64,000 bases of DNA from Hormiphora californensis (lineage: Eukaryota; Animalia; Ctenophora): the NCBI GenBank assembly GCA_020137815.1, contig CM035361.1:3472001-3536000 (forward strand), read 5' to 3'. Shown one piece after another: positions 42,384 to 64,000 of the stretch (within the stretch, counting starts at the first letter, position 1; each line of letters begins with the position of its first letter). A program made the position numbers and the translations under genes. The notes under the pieces were generated by a model, which saw only the letters and a list, made by a program, of their open reading frames with translations, was not told the DNA's origin and did no database searches.

Positions 42384-42856
42384 CCATGGTAACTGTGGTA
42401 ACCATGGTAACTGTGGTAACCATGGTAACAGTGAGCAGTAATGAATTACAATCATCAAGTTGGTAACTACAACATTAACGATAAGTTTTGAGATTTCTGC
42501 TGAAGAGACCCTCAGTAAATTATTTAGAATAACATTGTGTGTTTGTGTGTTTGTGTGTACATCATGAGAGAAATATTTTTAGCGTTTCCAAAATCTGACC
42601 TATTTTTTATTTATTGCAATACAGTCGGACCCCGATTTACCAGAACCCCGATTAACCGTATCCGGTATTACCCCGATTTACCGAACGGCTACACTTCCTC
42701 CGATACCTCAAATCAATCCTCAAACAGCCCTGTAAATCGGGGTCTGACTGTAATTCTTCAGTCCACCGGTTTCTTCACTAAGCGTATCTCTAGATGCCAT
42801 AACGATACCACTTCTTCATCGTTTTCCCACGACTCAGTTTCAACCGACAACTTGTT

Positions 42857-42943
<87 letters not shown>

Positions 42944-43194
42944 CGTATCCGGTTGGCCTAGAGGAAGGGAGAATCCCTATATGCTGCAGAAACTAACACG
43001 CCCCTATCCATTTTTTGTCTACACTGTGTATATTTTCTCCGAAGAATTTATATCTAAGCTGAACTTTAATTATTGTGGAGCTACCAAAACTGAACGGACG
43101 TTGTAAAACTGCAGCATTGGTGGTGATCCAGTGGCATCCAGTGGTGGATTGAGTAACTCAGTAAGAGTTGGAGCAAGGCAAATCTAGTGGTAAA

Positions 43195-46100
43195 ATGCCG
43201 TTCAAGCAGTTTTCCGTTTTACTTGATAATCCAGCTAGCATCTACTACTCAGGTAAAATGCTGTTTTAATTTTGAGTATACAGTTGGACCCCGATTTGGT
43301 GGCCCCCGATTTAGTGGCATCCTGATTTAGTGACAGGATTTTCCCCCCGAGGATGCCACTAAATCGGGTTCCGACTGTACCTCCGTTTGTTTTGTTTGAT
43401 TTCTTTAGTTACTGATCTTTCACCTTTTCTCTGATCCTAGATCTGAACATTCCCCATCTATCTACAGGTCAATTAGTGACGGGTAGAGTCCTCTTAGCAC
43501 CCAATAAAGACAGGGTATTTTCTAGTGTCACTCTGGCGGTGGTTGGGGAAGCTAATGTATACTGGACAGAGTAAGTATCTCACAAAGTCACCCATTTTAT
43601 TGCATAATAACTAAGGATTAATTTCATAACCAACGGTAGTAGAATATAGGATTTGGGCAAATTGCTGACATTTGGGCAAGTCGAGAGATTGGATACTCCA
43701 TGCCCCCCTCCCTGAAATTCGAACTTTGGAGTTTCCTATCTTGCTAGCTCGAGTCTTTGATACCCTGACCGTAATCCGATTATTTTCAGGTATGAAAGCA
43801 GGAAAGGGAAACAGATGGTTCACCACACCAACACAGAACCTTACTTCGAGCAATCATTCCTTCTAATGTCTAAAAATGTGTTGATCAAAACAGGTATACA
43901 TGGGTGGAGGGAAAGGCCAAAAAACCAAACCCGCTTTTTTTTAGCTTTTTGGCTTTATTCCCGACAATTTCTGGCTTTTTTGATATGGCTTTTTTTTTGA
44001 TCTGGCTTTTTTGATCTGGTTTTTTTGATCTGGTTTTTATTGATGTTTTTCCCTAAAAATGTATGTCCAAAAAAGTCAAACCCGCCCTGAAATCCGGGAT
44101 TGATCTGGCTCTTTTGGCCTTACCCCATGCCACCCCCCCCCCCCTTACATTGAACTTTCCTATTGGGTCCTGTTGTCACTGTCAACAAGACATGATAATT
44201 GCATCTATAATTAATTCTTCTAATTCTATAATTATTACAGGTGTTCACCTTTTTCCGTTTAAGTTTCAACTTCCCCAGTCCCTACCTTCCTCGTTTGAGG
44301 GGGAATTTGGATCGGTCAGATATCGAGTAACCTGTATAGCTACTAAATCAGGTATGTATTATTGTGTTTTACCATAATTAATGGTAATTATGTAATTAGT
44401 CTCTAATTATCCCCCACCCCACCTTCAGTTTGGTGTTATTTGCGGGCATTTGCCCTGGAAACAGTTACATTTTACACACAAGCTTTAATATGTGTTTTAG
44501 AACTGTCTGGCGCCTCGACCCCATCTGAGCCGCTCATCATACCCCATTTGATTCGAAGACAGTGCGCTCACTGCCAAACAGGTTTTAGAGCAGTCAGAGA
44601 ATATTTGCCTGACAGTGCCCTACAACAAATAAGTGACTCCCTTCCTACAGGAGACAAAAGGACAAGTTCCTCGACAGATATCACAGTGATCTCCCTATAT
44701 AATCTCAACATGGTTCCATCCAGTGCAGAACCTGTATGTCTGTGTAGATGCAAACAACTCCCCATCACCATCCAACCAGCAAATGCAGGTATGTAAACAG
44801 TTACCAATCACCATTCAACCAGCCAACGCAGGTACATCATTATATCGACTTCCTTCAATTTCGAAAGGTTTACAAAGGGCATGTCACCCACCCCTGGAAA
44901 CCAAAAGTCATCTTGTTTTTTTGGAATTGGTCTCCCCCGTCCCTGATTAGTTCAACTTATTCCCACTATCCCAGTTGCCAGTTCCACATTTTCTTTACTT
45001 TTCAGGTGTTGCCACGGTAACGATGACATGCCCCAAATCTGGATTTGTCCCGGGAGAGACGATAATAGCCAATCTGGAACTCAGGAATTGTTCGGACAAA
45101 GTTTTAAAAAGGGTGAGTTTTTAGATCTATGAAGCTAACTTGGTCCTTGATCAGTAGTTGTTATGCTCTACATCTAACCCTCCGTGCAGTCGTGGTGAAA
45201 CAGGATCAAGGCAAATCAGTGGAATAGTTCCCAGAAATGGGGATATATTCTTTTTCGGGTTCAAGACTGGACTTTTAGTACAAATTTTGTTTTATTTTCC
45301 ATGTTTCTAACCGTGAGCACCACAATTAATAATTGTAATTAATTAACACAATTAATATTTTACAGGTGTGTCTCCAGTTGGTCTCGGTGGAAACTTACAA
45401 AAGTAAAATGAGGTCCCGTACAATCAGACGGAGTGTCAGTGTCACACATTATGAGAACAGTCGCGTTTATCCTAATTGCTCATTGACATGGAATGAGGTA
45501 TGAGCCACCCCCTTTGTTCTGTCCCTCCCCCTTCTCCCTCTCCCGACATGTATATAATGAGCCTGAAATGAGCCTGAAATGAGCCTGACGTGGAATGATG
45601 TATGAGCTGAGCAACCCCAATCCCCATTCTCCATGTCCCTCCCCTTCTCCCCAACCCACCCCCTTCTCCCTCTCGATCCCTCCCCCTTCTCCCTCCCCCC
45701 TTCTACCCGAACCCACCCCCTTATCCCTCCCCTTCTCCCCGAACCCACCCTTCTCCCTCCCCTTCTCCCCAACCCACCCCCTTCTCCCGAACCCAGTCCC
45801 TTCTCCCGAACCCAGTCCCTTCTCCCGAACCCAGTCCCTTCTCCCGAACCCAGTCCCTTCTCCCGAACCCAGTCCCTTCTCCCGAACCCAGTCCCTTCTC
45901 CCGAACCCAGTCCCTTCTCCCGAACCCAGTCCCTTCTCCCGAACCCAGTCCCTTCTCCCGAACCCAGTCCCTTCTCCCGAACCCAGTCCCTTCTCCCGAA
46001 CCCAGTCCCTTCTCCCGAACCCAGCCCCTTCTCCCGAACCCAGTCCCTTCTCCCGAACCCAGTCCCTTCTCCCGAACCCAGTCCCTTCTCCCGAACCCAG

Positions 46101-47326
46101 TCCCTTCTCCCGAACCCAGTCCCTTCTCCCGAACCCAGTCCCTTCTCCCGAACCCAGTCCCTTCTCCCTCCCCTTCTCCCCAACCCACCCCCTTCTCCCG
46201 AACCCAGTCCCTTCTCCCGAACCCAGTCCCTTCTCCCGAACCCAGTCCCTTCTCCCGAACCCAGTCCCTTCTCCCGAACCCAGTCCCTTCTCCCGAACCC
46301 ACGGGCCACCCTCTAGTCTCGCCAACCCACTCCCTTCCCCTAGGCTCTCCCTAACCCTTCTCTCCTCAGCAGGAAATTCGTCATAGTGTTGTTTTTATGA
46401 CCACTCCCCAAAAAAAATACATGCCCGTATACTTTTATAACCCATGTTTCTCATCGACTCAGGTTTGTGTGATGGTACCCCACCGACTACCTCCCACTGG
46501 ACTCCCTTGTTGCAGTATCATCTCTATAAAGTACCTCCTTGAGCTGTCATTCAAAGTGGGAGGGGAACAGTTGGCTTTCTCAACTGAGCTAGTAATTGGG
46601 ACCATCCCTCTCCGGCAACGACAGGTGTGTGTCTCCTCACTTTAAGGGGGGGGGGGAGCCAAATCCGCCCTGAAATCCGGGATTGATCTGTTTTTATTGT
46701 CTTGTCCCCATGTGTTACTCAAATTTATTAATACACTTAATAAATTTAATTATTAGTTTAATTAATTGACCCCATTGCAGGGTGGAGGAGGCAACATGAA
46801 AAGAAGCAGGACCTACGAGAGAATATCCACATCATACGAGGATATCCCACCCGCTGTCAGCTCCGATCACCATTCTTCAGTTTTTGGCAACACGCCAGGA
46901 TCCTCCAGAAGCAGCAGAACTCGTAGTAAATCTGTTGGAGGGCCGGAGATGACATTTGATCAGATTAATGTACCGAAAAAGCCCCTCTCTCGTGTATCCC
47001 ACAACCACAGAAGTGTATCTACTCACAATTTGGACAATGTTGAATTTAATCGGGCTCTCCGGCTGACAGATCCAGGTGATACTCTGCTAAGCGCCACTCG
47101 GGGTCAAATTCCACACCATGATCTGCCTGAGGGGGTTTATGATCGGTATTCCAGTAGGAAAGAGGAACAGGGAGGTGGAGGAGGTACTGGTAGTGTTGGA
47201 CATGGTGGAGGTGGAGGTGGAGGTGGATCGTATGTTAGGTTGAATAGCAATTGGGCTCGTGGTGGTGGTGGTGAGGGTGGTTCGGGAGATGAGGAAACGT
47301 TTAATAAGATACTGATGTCTGTTTAG
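43195..47326 (+). CDS. Alpha-arrestin (arrestin domain-containing, ARRDC-like), 9 exons
   Basis: Exons 43195-43252, 43468-43570, 43790-43893, 44241-44351, 44651-44788, 45006-45112, 45366-45497, 46463-46624, 46781-47326. Motifs IYYSGQLVTGRV, GEANVYWTE, GVHLFPFKFQLPQSLPSSFEGEFGSVRY, PKSGFVPGETI, IISIKYLL, LVIGTIPL. Confidence 0.9.
45780..46300. repeat. 19-bp minisatellite (CCCTTCTCCCGAACCCAGT) in arrestin intron 7
   Basis: Tandem array of roughly 25 copies. Confidence 0.95.
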
Positions 47327-48004
47327 AGTTAAACACTGCAGTCATTTACTCATTTAGAGATTCGATCTATAGCTAGATGATCCAGCAAGATTAGAGAAGA
47401 TATTAAGGTGTACCCTTAAATGCAGTAGAATTCTATATGCATTATGCGTATATGAAAATTGTACAAACATGACAAGCATCGTTGTATCTAATTTCAAAAT
47501 GATGTTAAATTACAGTTCATATGTGATTAAATAAACGCTGAGCTTACACTTAATTTATACTAAATATAGCCCAAAACAAAACTGAAAGCTGTACTGAAAG
47601 GTTTTTTTGAAATTGAATCAATTTGATTGTATTTGAGATATTTTGTTGCTCTTTAGGCTTTACTAATTTTGATTAGTTTTAATTAAAATAATGTTAATAT
47701 CAACAATGTTAAATAAATAACACGATTCATTAAAAAATGAGGTTGGGGTGCGCGGCGCAGTTTTGCGCGTAACAAAAGCGCGCGGCTTTTTGGGATCTTG
47801 CCGAGTAAAAAAAATTAAATTTTAGAGCGGCAAACGAAAAAACTTGGCCCACGTTAAAATCTTGAAAAGCGCTGCCTTAAAAATAATATCCTATCGGGGG
47901 CCAGCAGCGTTTGCCAAGTTAAAATCTGGGTGTTTGGTGAGTGCTGACAAACGGTTTTTTAGGGTTAGGGCTAACCGCTAAAGTAGGGTTAGGGCTAGGC
48001 CTTG

Positions 48005-48441
48005 ACATTTCCTATCTGTGTGTATGTGTTTGTGATTGTCTGTTTGTCTGTTTGTCTGTGAATGTGTTTGTAAGTGTGTTAGTATGTTTTTGTATTAACC
48101 GTTTTGTATTGACTGTTGATGTTGTGTTTTGCGTCTGTGACTTTGTGTATTCTGTTTAATCTGTATTTATGTTTGTCTGCTTGTTTTGTTAGTTCATTAC
48201 CTTGTTTTCTATAACCCCTTGTTCCTCGTATTTTGTGCATCTAATGCTACTAGGATGTGTATCACTGTCTCTAAGTATTGTCTAAACCGCTTTAGGAAAC
48301 CGCTGATGTGAACTGTATATTTTCACCTCTCAGCCTTGTATCACTTTATTGGTGTATGGTGTAAGAGCGGGACGAAGTTATATATTAATTGTGTGACTTT
48401 GTGATAAATTGTGCGTAAACTTAAACTTAAACTTAAACTTA
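48005..48441 (+). mobile_element. Possible 3' end of a non-LTR retrotransposon
   Basis: GT-rich tract ending in an (AAACTT)4 tail, lying between inverted repeats TCTGGGTGTTTGGTG / CACCAAACACCCAGA. Confidence 0.35.
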
Positions 48442-49304
48442 CCAGATAAACTTTGAATTAGCCAAAAAGGTTGAGTGGTTTGGCGGTTAGAGCCATTTTA
48501 GTGCGCACCTGTAAACAGTCCACCAAACACCCAGATCGTAACGGTGCCCAAAAAAATTACAGTCCACTTTTTAAGTTCCTAAATCCTGATAAGATCATCC
48601 CGGGTGCATAGCAAAGGTCTTTCTCGTGCACGCGGGATGAAGTCTTCATCGTATCACGATGAAGTCTTCATCGTATGGATGAAGTCGTATGGATGAACTT
48701 CATCCGATGAAGTCTTCATCGTTTCAGAAACTGGTATCCCAGAAACAAACTTAACTGGGCAAATGTCAAATCCCTTTTCCCCGAGAATCACGGTCAATTG
48801 GGTTCCAACTAGCTCGCTATTCATGATAGAATAGAAACTTCATCCCAGTTGTGTTAGACAGATATGTGTAATTTGTAAGATCTATCGGGTACAGGATCGT
48901 TTGAAATTATAGCCCCCTGACTGTTTGCGGTAGGGCATACATTGCTAGCCGTTGTAAGAAACTCTCACTGTTGCTACACCCGTGTTGTATTGCTTTGCCT
49001 CACAGCGCTAGTTAGGGGACCATGTTACTTGTGTGACCCATCAGTCAAAAAATTCTGATAAAATGAAATGATACGTACTACCGCGATAGCTGTCAAGTCG
49101 ATATTATTATGTACCATACAATATGCTTTATTCCTCACTACGTTCTGTCAAGATAAATGTGAATATATGTGATTTTTGATTTTTCGTTGCTTCTCATGTT
49201 ACCACGTGTTATCACTTAACCAGGGATGGAGATAGCGTCGCCTCATTCCGGCCTACACTCTTCTAACATCTCTCTCTCTCTCTCTCTCTCCCTCTCTCTA
49301 TCTA

Positions 49305-49346
<42 letters not shown>

Positions 49347-49958
49347 ATCTCTCATTCTCCCGTACTCCCTGCTTATCTCAGCAACGGTTTAGCATCTCCC
49401 ATGCTTTTTATCCCTTGCTGTAATTTTATATTTTAATACCACAGTGCCTCATGTATTGTCTCTCTGTTTGATATTAAAAGTATAATAACTTTACACGTTT
49501 ATGAGTTACATATTTATGAATATAGAGTCCCAAAACTGATCATTCATCACAGTCCTTGTTGATACATATATTTCTCTTTTTTTTAGTACAAACTTGACAT
49601 AAACCAACTTGACAACAAAACTCATAGCATATCCAGTGGATAGCATATCCATAGCATATCCCATCCACAAGTAAAACAAGGAAGTTTTAGTTCAACAGTT
49701 TACACATGTTTCAATACAAATTGTATTTCATCAGAACATGGGAACAGATCGCATATCCCATCCACATAATTCCAGCCGTTCAATCAAATCAAAGTGAAAA
49801 GTTCGCCACCAAATACTAGATCCTTGTTTTACTGAGAACACCTGTCCACTAATATATCCCTCCTTTCCCAAGATTTAGGATAGAGAGAGATGGAGTTGTG
49901 TTTGTGCTGTTTTGAGCCCCGAGATGTAAGTACAGTCCAGTTATAATAATGATAATAA

Positions 49959-50577
49959 TCATACTACTTACTAAGCAAATTGTGTAACGGTGATCACCTA
50001 GCAACTACACTAAGTACAAGTCTTGCACGTGCAATTATTAGAGCGACCTGGAGAGATCTCTCCCGGTTGCAGAACTGGGTACCAAGGGGGAATTCAATTC
50101 TGCACGTGCATTCTTTTACTTCTGTCCTGAATCCTGATGTCTAGCTCTTCCACCCCAAGCGCTATTCGACAACGGTTATATGGGTCCAGAAGATCTGCTG
50201 CTGTCAGAGAGCAGGCTAGAGAATATGACAGATTACGCCAACGTGTTCAAGCGAGCCAATCAACCACTGAGGATAGCTTTACGGTAAAGCCTTTGCCCAA
50301 CCTCGCCCAAGGGTGATTACTCCAGTCGAAATATAGAAATCTCCGAATCGGCTACATAGCGGTCAAGTTTTCACGTGATGAGTTTCTGGAACAGCACTGC
50401 ACCTCGATGACATCGATCTCTTAAATTCGGACCTTGACATTGTCAGGAAGCCCAGAGCGTACAACACCATGAGAAGGGAGAAAGTGAGAGATGCTTGGAA
50501 AGGTGTGCGTGATGCGCTTCCCCAATCCCAAGTCCATTTTTCCCCCAAATTCGCCCTAGGGGGAAAGGGCCTACTAG
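49959..50577 (+). mobile_element. Non-autonomous Helitron-like element, copy 1
   Basis: Starts A|TCATACTACTTAC, ends GGGCCTACTAG|T; ~600-bp duplicate at ~50900-51503. Confidence 0.65.
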
Positions 50578-50899
50578 TTAATAAGGGTTTTTAGTATCCG
50601 CCACCCCCAACAGGGCGGTCTTAATGATCCAACACTGCCCAATTTAGACGGTAAACCCAAATGGTTTTAAAATCCATCCTTAGAACAAAATAGCCACTCT
50701 AATAATATATTATTACAATCATAGTGAATTGATATTAATAGTATTACAATCATATACCATCTAAGTGAATATTCGATGAATAGTTCATTCCACACTAAAC
50801 ACAATGAAACTCTAAACATAAAGTCTAAACAATGCTAAATATTAAAACACTAAAGATTACTAAACACTAAAACACAAAGATTACTAAGTTTAAAACATA

Positions 50900-51503
50900 C
50901 ATTACTAAGCAAATTGTTTAACGGTGATCACCTAGCAAAACACAAATACAAATCTGCACGTCAATTTTTAGAGCGCCTGGGGGGAATCTCTCCCGGTTGC
51001 AGAACTGGGGACCAAAGGGGGAAAATTTAAATTCTGCACGTGCTTTTTTTATTCTGTCCTGAACCCGAAAGTCTAGCCTCTTCCACCCCCCGCTATTCGA
51101 CAACGGGGTTTATGGGTCCAAAAACTGCTGCGTCAGAGAGCGCTAAAATATACGATTACCCAACGTTTCAGCGAGCCAAAAAACACTGAGGATAGCTTTA
51201 CGGTAAAGCCTTTGCCCACTCTCGCACAAGGGTGATTACTCACAGTCGAATATAGAAATCTCCGAATCGGCTACATAGCGGTCAAGTTTTCACGTGATGA
51301 GTTTCTGGAACAGCACTGCACCTCGATGACATCGATCTCTTAAATTCGGACCTGACATTGTCAGGAAGCCCAGAGCGTACAACACCATGAGAAGGGAGAA
51401 AGTGAGAGATAGGCTAGGAACGGATGGTGCAGGTGATGTCAGCGTTCCCTAATCAAGCTACCATTTCCCCGAAATTCGCCCGTAGGGCGAACGGGCCTAC
51501 TAG
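50900..51503 (+). mobile_element. Non-autonomous Helitron-like element, copy 2
   Basis: 3' hairpin TTCGCCCGTAGGGCGAA then CGGGCCTACTAG|T. Confidence 0.65.
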
Positions 51504-51588
51504 TTAATATCTACTGATTATCATGATTATACCTTAGCCACTTGTCAGATATGATAGATAGCAATATTATGATTAGCGACGGACGGAC

Positions 51589-52330
51589 CTGGAAGGGTTT
51601 ATATTCATCACTCTCTTCTATTCCCTGCATTACTAGCCGGCCATAATCAGTGAACAGGTGAAGGTGCTGCAGATCATCCTCTCGTATTTGCTGGAGAGGG
51701 GGATTGTTACTGGAGAGGGGGGATTGTTACTGGAGGGGGGGGGGGGGGAGAGAGATTGTTACTGGAGAGGGGGGGGGGGGGGGAATTGTTACAGAATAAG
51801 TAATCTCAGGATTAAGTAACTCTTACACCTCACTAAACACTCCCCTGACGACCCCAAATATAATAAAAATGCCACAATGCCTCAGAGTGGACCTAAACAA
51901 ATAAATACAGTACACAAAAACAAAACAAAAAGAGTGCGACAGCATTTAAAAACACTGTATATTGGTACCTGTGAGATGTTGTAGATCTGTACACTGCTAA
52001 GCATGGTAGATAGAGCGAATATTGTAGCACTATCCCTTACGATAGCTTGGTTATCAAATGTGCCCTGGGTGTCCATCAGCAACACTGCAACCTGGAGAAG
52101 GAGTTGAATACTTCGGGCTAAAAACAATTTAATACACCAGGAAATGAAAGACATAGATCTGACACAGTCAAGGACACCAGTTACCTTATTTTGCCTAGCT
52201 CGACCCTCTGGCCTCTCTTCACACGCTCCGTAAAATGTAAAAGAAGAGGGTTAGGAAATAACAAACCTTCTTGCCAGTCTTAGAGTTCACTTTGATAAAC
52301 GGTTGACCCCACATCCAGATACCACTCGTA
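51589..52330 (-). CDS. ATL: Atlastin GTPase, internal three-exon fragment
   Basis: ~52330-52267 [20 protein letters not shown]; 52091-51969 [41 protein letters not shown]; 51690-51589 [34 protein letters not shown]; P-loop exon and exons from the RD motif onward not found. Confidence 0.85.
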
Positions 52331-52571
52331 TATTTATATTCAAAGATTACTAATATGTTACTATTGTAAAAGTCTGAGGACGATGCTCCCCTTATACCTG
52401 ACAAGGGACCTGTTGACCAGGTTACAGTATATCTGTCTGTGTTTGTTAATCCCCCATCCACACTTTCTTCATCTCTTCTTTTGTATGTGCGGTATTCGAG
52501 AACGTTAAAATAATATACAGCAGCCCGTTGACCCTCCAACTACAGCGACGAGTTGGAGGAGAGAGAGAGGG

Positions 52572-52602
<31 letters not shown>

Positions 52603-52620
52603 GAGAGAGGGAGAGAGAGG

Positions 52621-52652
<32 letters not shown>

Positions 52653-52947
52653 GGGAGAGAGAGGGAGAGAGATGTAGCCTTGATGCCGGCAGCACATGGA
52701 ATATATTACTAACTTCACCTGTTCCCTTCAGCATTCTGCTAAGAATAATATAGTGTCTCGCATAGAATGTAACAACCCCTTTCTCTTTCTCTCTCTCTCT
52801 CTCTTTCTCTGTCTCTCTCTTTCTCTCTCTCTCTTTCTATCTCTCTATTTTTTTCTCTCTCCCTCTCGATCCTCCTATCCCTCTTTGCCTTGCTCGACCC
52901 GAGGGTTAGAACATAACAACTCCATCAGGGCCCAATCCCCACTGTAA

Positions 52948-53267
52948 CTCTCCTAGTTAAAGTAACAATCTCACCTGCTCTCTCCTAGTTAAAGTAACAA
53001 TCTCTCCTGCTCTCTCCTAGTTAAAGTAACAATCTCTCCTGCTCTCTCCTAGTCAAAGTAGCAATCTCTCCTGCTCTCTTCTAGTTAAAGTAACAATCTC
53101 TCCTGCTCTCTCCTAGTTAAAGTAACAATCTCTCCTGCTCTCTCCTAGTTAAAGTAACAATCTCTCCTGCTCTCTCCTAGTCAAAGTAGCAATCTCTCCT
53201 GCTCTCTCCTAGTTAAAGTAACAATCTCTCCTGCTCTCTCCTAGTTAAAGTAACAATCTCTCCCCAG
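52948..53267. repeat. 32-bp intronic minisatellite (CTCTCCTAGTTAAAGTAACAATCTCTCCTGCT) x10 ending at a splice acceptor
   Basis: Direct observation. Confidence 0.9.
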
Positions 53268-63445
<10,178 letters not shown>

Positions 63446-64000
63446 GGACCCACTACCAACATCAACTTGGTGATGTCATCCCCTCTTCTGGTAGTGGAGG
63501 AGTGATGTCATCACCAAACCACCATCAACCCGTATCATGCATGTGTTCGCTGTATGTGTGAGAAAAATGCACAAAATGGACGCTATATATCTCTCGATCC
63601 ACCACCCTCTCTCCACCCCTCTATTTTTCGTCACGGCGTCTCTGTTTACTCCTTGACTGCATCCTGTTAGGGGATGTATGTGCAACACTCCTCGACTAGG
63701 GGATGTTTGTCTTTTTAAGTGTGTTAAATCGCAAATGCTGGACATGATTTTTTTACAACAATAATTATTTTATGTGAGAAAGAGAGAGCGCTCCACGATA
63801 TATTTTTTTCTGAGAAAAAAAAGCGTGCGTGTGATGGAAAGTGGAGTTGAGGGAGAGATTCTAAAAAGAATTTTTATACTCATCTGACAATATATTAAAG
63901 AGAGTGTTTGAAGTAGCTAAGTGTTTATTTTGGTTGATTGATTTGAAAAATGACATTTGTTACCCCACTATTCGATAAAAAACTCGGTGTTTTTAATTTC

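Noticed and set aside
45467-46386. Several 190-280-aa Gly/Arg- or Pro/Ser-rich ORFs
   Set aside because: All frames of a 19-bp intronic minisatellite
49959-51503. Tandem Helitron array as rolling-circle concatemer
   Set aside because: Copy 1 decays at its 3' end and copy 2 at its 5' end, and both are followed by TTAATA; more simply an unmerged overlap of low-quality reads
52948-53267. 32-bp repeat array as CRISPR
   Set aside because: No spacers; contiguous tandem units

Overview
AT-rich, intron-dense eukaryotic (animal) draft-assembly DNA. From memory, unverified, the repeat families and the ~140-aa 'PWDL...QIKTDS' domain resemble ctenophore (Pleurobrachia-like) sequence. Genes reconstructed by hand from GT-AG splice sites: (1) a minus-strand secreted protein with a signal exon and five phase-1 cassette exons of a hypervariable beta-rich domain (2162-6288); (2) a divergently oriented, distant relative of it (12753-13611); (3) an SV2/SVOP-like MFS transporter (19545-21496), head-to-head with (4) a 14-exon UGT-fold gene whose catalytic residues look degenerate (22807-36250); (5) a five-finger C2H2 gene preceded by signal-peptide and half-kringle exons (36713-40012); (6) orphan last two exons of ALDH6A1; (7) an alpha-arrestin; (8) an atlastin fragment; (9) a long Glu/Val/Pro/Ala-rich low-complexity gene carrying an ORF1-only retroelement in an intron. 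Introns and intergenic DNA are full of MITEs, two kb-scale foldback elements, non-autonomous Helitron/Helentron-like elements, minisatellites and (AG)n tracts. About 8.6-11.4 kb is low-quality duplicated sequence ending in a 100-N gap. No rRNA, tRNA or CRISPR array was seen.
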